A stretch of 64,000 nucleotides of DNA. Origin: Auanema rhodensis (lineage: Eukaryota > Animalia > Nematoda). Below, in pieces: positions 11,011 to 23,214 of the stretch. Location of the stretch: contig OZ059896.1 in assembly GCA_964057225.1 (NCBI GenBank), forward strand, positions 13,516,001 through 13,580,000, in the 5' to 3' direction. The stretch's first letter is position 1. Each line of letters starts with the position of its first letter. The notes below the pieces were generated by a model, which was given only the letters and a program-made list of their open reading frames with translations, ran no database searches and had not been told where the DNA came from. Both the position numbers and the translations under genes were made by a program.

Positions 11011-11897
11011 TCAGTTGTCATCAAATCCAATCACTTCCTTTTCTTCTTTTCCTCGTCTATCCTTTAGTACATTACCATCACGACGACCATCATCATCCTC
11101 ATCATCATCATCATCATCATCCACCTGATCATCTTCTTCATTCTCCTCACCGTCATGGTGTTGTCCAGAAAAGATTGAATTGTCATTAGAGCGTTGAATG
11201 ACGTTCACAAGAAACTGATAGAATACTTGCTTCAAATGTTCTCCTTCATGACGAAGATTACATCCAACAAATACAGCTAGCGAAAGTCCAGCTATGACCC
11301 TGTTGACAATTCACATACAGAGAGAGGAAAAACTAACAAAAAAAATTGGCATTGATTCGGAAATCGTGTAGATAGAAAAAAGATTCTGTTACCAAAAAAT
11401 GAAAGATTTTTTTTATATAATATTCAAAAAAAGACAAAAAAAGGGAAAACAACTTACTTGAAAGCTGCAATATTGCCACTATTTGTGTTTCGATCACCCT
11501 TTTCATTCAGAACAACCATGACATTATCGTTCCGAAGATTTGTTTTTTTTATGAATTCCTCATACCTATAGATATATTTTCTTCTTATTTCTCATAGATT
11601 TCATGAAAAAAAAAGTTTTGATGACTCTCTTTATCTGATAGTATCATCTCACGAGCTAAGTAACTGTCAAGATGAATAGACGTAAGACTTGGCCAATCTA
11701 CCAGAATATGTCTGAAGGTAATCCTATCGGATTGTCCTTTCGATGTTCAATCAACCTTTCAATTTGATTGACCACAGTATTATGTTTTTCCATCACATAT
11801 ACATTAAGATTTGTATGAATTTCTTCGCTAACTTTTAGCCTGATTTCTCTTCCTTTCTTCCTCTTTCTATCTCAACTTCTTTCCTTCTCTCTTCAAA

Positions 11898-11933
<36 letters not shown>

Positions 11934-13520
11934 CCCCCTCTCTCTCTCCCTCCCTCTCTCTCTCTCTCTCTCTCCCTCCCTCTCTCTCTCTCTCTCTCTC
12001 TCTGTTTGTATCTTTCTTTCTTTTTCAGAAATCACTTTTCCTCTTGAAAGTCGAATAGATTTATGAAAAACCCATCTTTCCTTTCTGCTTTTTCCTTCAT
12101 ATCGTCTTTCTTAGTTCAATATCAATTTCATTTTGGATCAAGAAAGTTATTACCAAATAAGTAAATCTTCTCCTTTATCCGTATCCGGATCGGCAACCAG
12201 AATCACGCCCTCTACACCGTCCTTCAAAGCCGGCCAGCAGTTCCGATACCTGAATACGATAGGAATTGCATAAAAAACTTTTAAGATCTTATTTCTGTTT
12301 TCAACCTACTTTGTTCAATTTTATTTCGAAATTTAAAATTCAATTTATATGATATAGTTAAATAAAAATTTAAATTGTATTTTTACCTTATATCACCACT
12401 ACAATCCCACAACTCTACATCCACCTCTGCTCTTTGCCCTCTGATATCCAGTTCATTGCTCTCAAATTCCACTATACGAACACCTGGAAGTCAATTTTTT
12501 ATTCAACAAAGTTGGAACAAATATTTTTTTCTTTCCTACCTGCCACACGTGAACTTTTATACAACCTTTGGTTTGATATATAATATATTAAATTGCTAAT
12601 TGCCGTTAATATTAATCTCATTAAAATATTTTATAATTTACTAGAAATTGAACATCTAATCCAGGTTTTACCTAGATATCACACATGCAACTTGAATAGT
12701 TTCTAATTTCCATAACAAGACGGTGCGACCTAGATGAGTTTATAAATACAATTTTGAGTATTATGGAAATTTCATTTGAAGAATATTATTTTTCATTCCC
12801 TCTTCTTCAACGTATTTTCTTTCTCTCTATCTGTATCTCTTGCCCTCTTTGTGCTATATATCTTTCTTTCAATCTGTATTGAATCATTGCTCCAAATGTC
12901 TTCAATTCTCTATATAATATTATACAGTATAGTTAATAAAATTAATTATCTCAAAGTCAAATGAGCTGAGTTGAAAAGATGCAGTCCAGATGACTCAAAG
13001 AAACATCAGGAACTAAGTGATTGCTTGCTCAATTTCAGTCATTGATTTGTCTTTCGCTAAAACTTGAGCTAATGAACTCACTTATAGACATTTCATGATT
13101 TTTGCCTTTTAAGAATTGTTTACTTATCCATATATATCTACATGAATCTTTATATTATTCTCTTTTATTATCATTTTGTCTTCAAATACAAATATTATGA
13201 TTTTACCTTTCGTAGGACGATATTCTCCTAGAGATTCAGAATCAATAGCTTCAGCTAGATATGTAGAAATAGCTGATTTTCCAGCCTTAAAAGAGTAAAA
13301 AGGTTGATTGACATCGTGATTCATTTGCATTTTATCTATAAATATCCCCGGAGAATAGTTTAGTCATTTGATTTTAATTTGATAAGAAAAATAATATTTT
13401 CATTTAAATCTTTTGAGAATACTTGAAATTTCAAAAAAAAAAAAGAAGGAAAATCAATAATACCTTACAAGGTCCTAGTACAAGAATCTTTTTGGCTGGT
13501 CTTTCTTTAGTCCTATGCAT
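11011..13520 (-). CDS. ifta-2: IFT22/RABL5 Rab-like intraflagellar transport GTPase, 6 exons, acidic C-terminal tail
   Basis: Exons 13520-13464, 13285-13207, 12483-12387, 12249-12154, 11565-11458 and 11299-11011 are phase-compatible. Motifs: KILVLGPCKAGKS, EYRPTKGVRIVEFE, VELWDCSGD and CWPALKDGVEGVILV. Confidence 0.92.
11902..12002. repeat. (CT)n/(CCCT) polypyrimidine microsatellite in an IFT22 intron
   Basis: About 100 bp of CT repeats interrupted by CCC runs. It explains the ER-repeat ORF at 11835-12035. Confidence 0.9.
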
Positions 13521-13661
13521 AAGTTGGTTCTAAAAAGTATTTTTATGAAGCTTAATATGTAAATATATAAAATAAATTAAATTAATAAGAAGTTTTAAAT
13601 GATAAAATATATTTCAAATGAATATAATTCTTTCTTTTGTTGTTTAATACTAACCAACAAC

Positions 13662-13675
13662 ATCACCATAGTAAC
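13662..13675 (-). promoter_or_regulatory. X-box (RFX/DAF-19 site) upstream of IFT22
   Basis: ATCACCATAGTAAC (reverse complement GTTACTATGGTGAT) fits the relaxed nematode consensus RTHNYY-WT-RRNRAC and lies about 140 bp upstream of the ATG of a ciliary gene. Confidence 0.8.
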
Positions 13676-16600
13676 CATTAGCTACTATGTATGTATATTC
13701 TAGAAAAATGTTTCATAAAATAAAAAGTGTGAGAATAATTCTATTTATGTAAAATAAAAGAATCTAAAGAATATTTTAAATATTTATAAGCTTGCAAAGC
13801 GAAAAAGAACCTTCTTAACATCAAAATAATAATAAAATATTTGCTTGACCATCGGTAAATATGCTGAAAACTTCAATTTATACTATATAATTCATTCAAA
13901 TATACTGAATTTCTCAATACAATCTATAACTATGATTATAATATATTTTTAAATAAATATAGTCTGTCAATCTATATTATTTCTTTTCGTAAATCTTCAA
14001 ACTAATATCCCAAAATTAGTAAAATATAAGATTATATTTATGTTATTCTTTGTATATTATTTAATTGTTTTTCATCCAATTATAACAAATAACTAATGAT
14101 TTCCTGTTTCTCTGCTCCATCCTTTTCCTGCTTTTTAGAATTGTGATAATCTAAGGCTATGGTTGTACAGTTGACAGAGCAGAAACCTTTTTGTTATTTT
14201 CCTTCGATCTGACCTCTTGTGTCCAAAAGAGATGTATAATGAGCGGCAGGAGGTCGACCGGACCGGAAAGCTGGAAGGAGATGAACGAACGAGAGTGGTA
14301 AAGTCTGGTGAGATCCATCATGCCAAAGAGGAATGGAGATGAGCTGGCTTTCTCAACACTAGAGATAGAATGAGCTATTGAAGCGGATACTTGAAAATGT
14401 TCCATTTGTGAGGGTTATAATGCCTTCTTAAACTTGAGAAGAATATATTGTATACTATATGTATCAGGAACTCCGATACTTTCATTGCCCCTAGCCTTTT
14501 ACCCATCATCATCAGCACAATTCCACTTTCATATTTCCCTATCTTCTATGGTTCACTCTCTATCCCTCTCTCTTATTCTCTTTCTCTCCATGCTCATCTC
14601 AGGCTGGTAGTCCATTATCATCAACTTATAAACATGACGAAAACCACTTTTGCACACATTTTATAATAGATACTTCAAAGATTTATATAAAATATTTATT
14701 TATATAATACATATATGTATTAAGAAGATAATTTAAATTGTAGCAAATTGTATAATATTTTAACTTTTTCTACCCTCATTTTCGAACTTGTCACTCTATC
14801 CAACATCTTTATAACTTTGAAACTTTTTTTTTCAAACAACCTTACTTATATAATCTCTTCTAATCTTATTAAATACCTTATAATCTTTCAAAATATATAT
14901 TATAATCATATTATACGCATATTATTTTCCATTTTCATTTAAAATAAAAAAACTTGTAATGTCGTTACTATGATTCATAATTTCTGTTGTAATCCTCCCT
15001 TAGATTGCTCTACTTGATGACCTTTCCTACCCATACTAAGTTCTTCAATTCTTAATCAAAACCTCAAAAACTCATCTCTCCCTCATCTATTTTTCTAATT
15101 TTCTTTACATTTTTCAATTTTAAGTTAGTATATTAATTCAATTAATCAGCTAAACACTGTTTTTCTGCTTCCGATTCTTTTTTTTTTCGTTTTTGCCATT
15201 CAAATTTATTTCATTTCATCCTCTCTCATAACTCTATATACTCTATGATTTTAACCTCTTAAGTTGAATGGCATCTACCCATCTGTCCGTTTAAGGGCAT
15301 GTTCTTTCTATGTCAAATGTTATATAGAAATAACAATTTTTTCTTTTTTTTTTCATTCTATCTCCTTTTACTATCTTTATTGAAATATCTCCTTTTTTTT
15401 GTTTTTAAACTTTTAGATTTATTTTTTCCTTTTCTATGAAAATTTCTTTTATTTCAATTTTGTACTCTTTTTTTACTTTTTTTTTATATTAAGATAGATT
15501 GTTTATTGGTACTAGTAAAGAACCTATAAGATGCTTCAATGTTTCCTTATATTGCTCCACTTTTCTCTGAAAATTGTTCTCATATAAGGGTTTGCTTAGA
15601 TGTTAATAAGCTTTTCATTTTCTCATTGCTTCATATCCATCTTTCTATAGATATTTCACTATATCCTCCCCTTCCCTCCTTCCCTCCTTCACATATCTAT
15701 CTATCTCTCTCTCTAATTCTTCTTTTCTTTTTCTCTCACTTTCTCTTCATATTCGTACATCATATTACTCTATCTCTCTCTAGTTCACTCATATCCACGC
15801 CATATCATCCTCAATTCCATAATTATTCGTTCTATCTATGATTATGTAAGCCAAACAGCTTCGTGGCCCATTTCCATATTTGTCATCTCATCCCCCCTCT
15901 CAACCGTTTTCCAACCATTTCTCTTTTTCTCTCACCTTTTTATATTTTCTTTTTATGGTTAAACCATTCCATGTACAACTTGACTAATGAGATTCGAGTA
16001 TCGTTCACACTTCTTCTTCCATTACGTGTCCTTCTGTATTGAATCTCATTAATTCATTTTCCACCTCCATCCTCTACTCTCTTGTCTTGTTCCACTGTCC
16101 TCTTCTTATATTTGTTCCACCTCTTCCATCTCCTGACCTTTTCCGATTCATAACCATAAATCCATATTTTCATGCAATATTTTCTTTATTTCAGAATATG
16201 ATGCTACAACGTCTTCTCTAACATCTGACACTTTTTTATCTTTCATTTCAATTCTTCAACTCAATTTTCTATTGTCATTCGTCATATCTGAGAAGTTAGA
16301 TGACATGACATATAGCAAGCCGCTTTGACATCAAGTTATAACTTGACAGAACCTAACTAACAAGAGCTTTGAGTAAAATTATTTTGAAATATCCATTTTC
16401 ACTGATATGGTAAGAAGCAGCTAATTTGCCTCTCTCTTTCTTCTCTCTTGTTATTCCTCATAACATATTCTCATTTTTCAATGAATGAATGAGCTAGCTT
16501 TACCATCTGGTTTAAGCTTTTTCTCCTCTCCTTCCTTTTCTTCATTATCGAAATTAGGCTCAATTGATTTTACCTTGTGTAAAAACAACATATAATCTGC

Positions 16601-19600
16601 CCAGTTAACATCTTCACACATGCACCTGCCTCATCTCATATTTCGTCTTTTGATTCTTCAGCGTTTATTCGATCAGATCACACTAAAAGCCTTTTCATAC
16701 AAAACAATCTATGCCATCGTCAGGTTATCCTTACTCTCATTATCATCAACACCATCTCGAGATAATCCTTTACTCATTCTGTTCTCCAAAATTGTCGGAC
16801 AGGCTTTCTGGTTAAACCCGAGCAGCATAAGGGCAAAGCTTTCCTCAACCCGCCAACTAACCTTGCGGTGTTTCTAATAAACAATTGAAATATGATCGAA
16901 TATCTTAATAGATATTCTATTTTTATTTTACTAAAAGAACAATTCACACTTCAAATACTAACTTCTTGCTCAATTTCTGCTTATTTCTTTCTGTTTAAGA
17001 AAGAAAGAAATGAAGGAATAGATAGCAAAGCTAATTGAATTAACCACAAGACCTTATAGATTTGAAGTTGTTCTTCCTTCATTTTCCTTTTTCTGGAAAT
17101 TCTTCTCACACAAATTAGCTTCAAAAGACTTTTTTTTGAGCATTACAAGCAGTTATTCTAAGTTCAATTCAATGCCTTGTCACTATATATAAAATATTTT
17201 ATCTGTAAGATTATACATAACTATATATATTATATATAGTTATCTTTTTTCATATTCATGTAATTAATATTCCATTTTTTATTTTTTGTTTTCCATTTAA
17301 CCCGGAAATCTCATATATTTCCACATATTTTACACCCTAATATGCTAATTTATTTTTTCTAAATCATACAATCATACTAAGCTAATTAGAATATTTACTT
17401 AGCGTCATTTTCCATTTTTCAATAGCATAGTGCGGTTGTATAGTATATCCTTCCAGGTAAAATTTCATTCAAATTTTAATTTTAACCTCATATAGTATAT
17501 ATATTTTTTAAACATTTAATTATATTCATATAGTTAGTTATATGAAAATTCATTTATAATACTTTATGTGTGGTCAGAATGTTCCCTTTTTCATATAAAA
17601 GTTTCATTTAACTAAGTAAAACTAGTTCGAGATTGCATTGCTTTTGTTTAATAGAAAAGCGAGATGAATCTGTTAATTATGCCCGAATGAACTGCTCAAT
17701 CGAGATACCATGCTTCTTAAATTCAAAATACGTTTTATATCAAGCTGCTCGAAATTTATAATACAACTTTTATTTATATATTATTATATGTAAATATTGA
17801 ATATATAAATAGTTTTGATCGATAGATATACATGTATACGAAACTTGTACATCATTTTTTTCTATTAATATAGTATGTATAATCAAAATGGTTAACTAAT
17901 TAGATGAAGTCAACATTATTAGTAATAAAGTCGAAGCTGGTTGAGCAGCTGGTACTGTTTGTTTTGTTTGAGACATACCACCTATCTCACCTGCCTTCTT
18001 TCACCCACTTTACCTTATTTTTTCCTGGCTCTTACTTCTATAGGTCATGCCATTCATTACCTCTTATTATGCTACATGTTAACTAATATATGTTATATTT
18101 TAAATTATATATTATTATATATTAATGTTTCTTCTACCTCATTTACTATTTAATAATATAATGTATAGTTATGATAGAATATTATATATATATATATATA
18201 TTTGAAATGATTCAACAGGCTTTTTTATGTTTGTCCTAATTCGTTGTTGACTAAATGTCCAGAACATTTAAGATTTTATTCAGCTAGTTTGTAAATCACA
18301 TTATTTCTCCATTTATTCTATAAAAAAAAGTTTTTAAAGCCATTAAGTACATTGGTTAAAAAAGAATAATAGTATTCTAAAAAAGAAAAAAACGATGAGC
18401 CAGCTGTTTCTTAGCTTAATAGGCTTAAGAACATAGTCTCATATATGGAATGAAATGTGGCATAGTTAAGAAAGGAAAGTATAATAGTTCAGCTTTTTCT
18501 TCTTAGATATATACTATGAAAGTTAGAATATTGAAGCTTTACGTTTCACTCTTTGACTTCTTCGACTCGTATCTCATTTTCTTTTGTAAATAGTTATGAT
18601 TTGATCATTACTATTCTATATATTATAGTTAGCGTGCTGTTTAATTTTATATTCATTTATTTTTTAATTTAACTTTATTACCATTTTACATAGAAAGAAG
18701 AGTAGAATTTAAGAGAAAAAGAAATGATAGAGAGGGAGAAATGAGTGCAAGACAGCGAAAGGGAGTGAGCAAATCGAGAAGAAATAGCAAAAGTAGCAAA
18801 TGAGTATTGGAAAAGAGTAATAAAAGAATGGAAAGAAGACGAGAGACATGAAGAGAGAGAATTGAGAGAGAGAGAGAGAAGATGCATGTAAGTAGTGGGA
18901 AGAAGCTAAAACTGGCATTCATTCCAGCCGAAAGCAGACAGTCAATTAGTACTAGGGGGTCATTTCTATTTGCTCAAAGAATAAATGGAAGGCAAAGACT
19001 TATACTGATGACCATAGCAGTGAGAACCAGTAGCAGATAGCTGTCAATCGTCTTAGATTTTGCATTTCACTGTTTTTACAAACAAGAAACAGGTTAACTT
19101 AATAATTTGTCTTTCAATTATCTTTTAAAGCTTAATACATGATTTCCATAATAACTTTAGACGATGCAGACATATAGAACGGTTGTTCTCTATATATGGT
19201 TAATACATATACTTTGTCTTGTTCTCATCTTGAATATCAATGTTTTTACTAAAATAATTAGTTCATAAGATCAATTTTAACTTCTTCATATGATAAGGAT
19301 AATATATCTTAATCAGTTATTACTCATAAATATAGACAGCTGCTGTCGAGATAGAGCACACCTTGCTTCTTACACTTTATCAACTTATGTTATTTCTAAC
19401 TTTTAAACAAGATAACTTCTAAATATAATTATTATTATTTATCTATATCTATATCTATATATATATATAAAGAGAAATAGATAGATAGATATGTGTATTA
19501 TCGTTTTCTTAAGTATAATTTATTTAATTATATACATTGACTATACGTAACTCATTTAACCCTATTCTAATTCTAATTATATTATGTTATGTATAAGCTA

Positions 19601-22600
19601 TGTCTCTTATATTTATATTTTTTTCTCCATCTTTCATGCATAGTAACATAATAATTTTTGTAAATATTTTGTCTATTAACTATATACATAATATATAATG
19701 AATATATACAAATTACAAAAAGAAAATATATGCTATTCAGTTTTAAAATATAGTTATATATAGTTTTGTATAGTTATATATTATTTTTTATTCATTTATT
19801 TTACTTAATGATTGGTAAAGAGGTAAGCTATTGCTTATTAGAAAGCAATCATAGTCTATCCATCTTCATTTGCATATTGATTTGTTTTTCCTTATTTGTT
19901 CATTATGCCAGCTTTAGATTTGCTATCTAGTTAGCATATAACTTAAATTATATAATATAGTTAAGTAAATCATCATAATTCTTCAATATCTTATTAAAAA
20001 ACTTTGAATATTAATATTATCTATTTATATATTGTTATAATAGAAATATTATTTCCTATATGTTATATTTCTCTTCTTTTTTTTTTCATTTACTATTATT
20101 TTAGTTTGTCTATTTAATAATCTCTTATGGAAAAAAGCTTTATCTTTTTTAGCTTTATCTAATTCTCTATCTCTTTTCTCTTCATCTCTATCTCTCTCTC
20201 TTTTCTTTTTTTCTATTGAGTTCAAACTATATGAAGCATTTTGTTTACTCTCCTCAGTCGTTTATTTCCTTCAAACCAGCTTTATTTAGTGCTAAAATTT
20301 CTTAATTAACCCCCCATAAAATTGAATTTTCTCTTCCTTTTTCAAATCCTAATAAACAAAAACTGTATAGTTATGTATATATACGTTAAAAGTAGATATA
20401 CACATACTTAACTATGTGTATGTATGCATATACATATATTTCTATTTTCATATTTCACCTGGTGAGAGTTTAACCTCATTTACATATATATGTAGCTTAT
20501 TATACCTTATAATTATATTTCTGATTGGTTCTCTCTTACATAGTGTGTCTCTATAATCACAAATCATAGTGTTAAATAGTTAGTTAGTTAGCTATATGTA
20601 TAGTTTCAATTCAAATATTTTACTTTTCATCTTTAAAAAGTAAAAAGATTCTTTTAAGTAATCAAAATCTCATCAATCATTCATCATCATCTTTATCTTA
20701 ACTCTGGCAGTCATATAGTATTAACATGAATATATATACATATGTATGTACATATATATGAAAAATCTTTATTATAAGGTTTTATTTTCGATTCCAAAAA
20801 TTTGAATATGTATAAACTAATCTCACGATTATATGATAACTCTCAATTTATTTCTCTTTACTATTTCTCTGCCATTCTCCCATTTTATACTCTCTCTCTC
20901 TCTTTCTCTTTCTCTCCCTCTCTCTCTCTCCTTCTTTTAAATTCTTTTTTTAAATTTTCTTATCCAAAAAGAATATGATAAAGTAAATATATTGAAGAGA
21001 GATGAAGAATAAAAGACTGTCGTTTATTCAATCTCAACCCCACAACCGATTGAATATCTTAATGATGAACCTCGTCTGTCTTGACCGAAAAATGTCGACA
21101 GATGGACAAGATGAGCAACAGCAGGACTCAATCTTGCCTGGTCCTTCTGCTGATTGTAGAAAGCACCATCATGGAACAAGTTGACCGCTTTAACTTCTAT
21201 TACATCATGTTTTATTAGTTTAGTACAACAGATAAACTATATTATATAATATATAAAATATATTTGATTTACTTTATCTTATATCTTCATCTTTGTTTAT
21301 TTCTTTTTCTTCTTCTTTATCATTCAATATTATTTTTTTCTTTTTTTTTTCATCCGAGTGTGAAGACGATAAATCATCATGTACTGTTATTGCCATCAGA
21401 AGATTGTAAATCATTCTATATAGAGAGCGACAATGAGGCAGGCCTTAGTGCCCTCATCTCGCATAGTATATTGAGAGAGAGAGAGAGAAGGAGGGAGAGA
21501 GAGAAAGAGTAAGGATAGTATACGAGTTGACAGTTGTAGATAGTTCAGCCATTTAGACCGTTCCAGCATTCTTTTGAATCATTTTTTCTTTGAAATCATC
21601 ATTTCTAATATCTAAATCATTTATATATTCTTTATTATATCACGTTATATGTATATCTATCAATTTATAATGTTAAATGTATATATTTGAAACTTATTTC
21701 AACAAAAATTGATAGAATAATAGAAAATGTAATTAACTAAACTAAAGTAAAGAATAAGATCAAATAACTTTGACGACACATACTTCTCTCTTTCTATATT
21801 TCGTTTAATCCTTTACTATCATCTTTCTCCCTCTTTCTCTCTCTCTCTGAGTATTCTCTTTGCTTATCTGGACTATTTCTCTTCTGAGTTAGTTTTCTCT
21901 GAAAACACTTGAGATTACCGTTCAGCCCAAGTTAATAGAATGCCGGTAACAAAGCTTGTGTCGTTCTTCAACATCAAAAGACTTCTTTTCACCTTTCTCT
22001 CTAACTATCTCTTATATTCTCTATGATATTCTCACCAAATAAGATATAAGATAGTATGATTACCTATGAATGAGTGCTGGCAATTAAGTGTTTTCTAAAC
22101 TAAACATAGCCAAACCTTATTCTTCATCATATTAATGTATATTCAAAGAATGAAGGTAATAAGGATAGAAGTCAGATATGATATTGAAACGATACTTCCG
22201 AGAAGGAGAATCCACTTTTCTCTTTTACGCTTTCTCTCTTCTTTCTTTCTTTCTTTCTTTCTTTCTCTATCTTACTCTCTTCTATCTTAATTATTTTGTT
22301 TTAACTCTCATAAACTGAAAGACAAAGTAGGAGGAGCACAAGATTGAGAATACATATGAGACTATGAGAGAGAGAGAGAGAGAAGAGTGTGTGTGAGTCA
22401 AAATCGAAGAGAATCAGAACAGCAACTGGGAGGAGGCGTTAGACTTCTAAACAAGGCAAATGACAGCCGGCATATTGTCCATTTCAATGTGCAAAATCAA
22501 CAGACATAAAGATATTTCTCTATGTCATCTCATCTCATTCTCTCCTTCCCTCTCCCGTTTTCTTGGAATTCATCAAAGAGAGTTTAGGGTAAACCTTAAA

Positions 22601-23214
22601 AGATTTTCTTTTCATTCAAAATCATCTTTCATTTCTCTTCGTTATGTATAAGAAGAAACCTTTCTTTCGTGTCTATATCTACATTTAGATTCCTTTTCAT
22701 CAAACTATATTTATATAAATATATAATAGAATAGTCATTACTATATACATTAGTTTATATAAATATTCTCATGAATCTTTAGCCATTATTAACCTTTCTT
22801 CATATTTATTATTGTCATCTTCTTTTTTTTTCTTTTACTTCACATTCTAAAATACAAATTGCATATACAATATCTTTTCTTTCTTTTTTTTTCAATTAAT
22901 TCTCCTCAATAAAATGGAAAAATAATTCATTTTATCATTTTATGTCATTCATTTTCCTTTAATTCTTCCTTTTCCTTGTAACAACATTCTACATCATCGT
23001 CATTTTTTTGACCAATTCTGTTTCCTTTTCCATATGTGCTCCAACTTTTTTATTTTTGAAAAATCTATTGTTGCCCCTAGCATCATCTTCTTCTTCATAT
23101 TCATATATGGTTAATTGTTTTTTTTATTTCAATTTCAATCTTCTTTTAAATATTTTTATGATATTATATACATATAGTATATAGTATATTTTTTATTTTT
23201 AGAAGAATGCTAGG

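Noticed and set aside
11004-11189. Poly-His ORF on the plus strand
   Set aside because: It is the antisense of the GAT-repeat acidic tail of IFT22.
11699-11870. Minus frame containing IHTNL, reminiscent of the IFT22 HSNL motif
   Set aside because: It lies upstream of exon 5 (wrong order), has no suitable acceptor, and the similarity is too short.
11835-12035. ER-repeat ORF
   Set aside because: It is the translation of a (GA)n microsatellite inside an IFT22 intron.
15539-22651. Many Leu/Ser/Phe-rich ORFs in the track (also 39783-40404 and 55290-56313)
   Set aside because: They are products of CT-rich low-complexity non-coding DNA, often with TTG/GTG starts, and have no splice support.
23070-23084. 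GTTGCCCCTAGCATC as an X-box upstream of plexin
   Set aside because: The second half-site and the spacing are poor.
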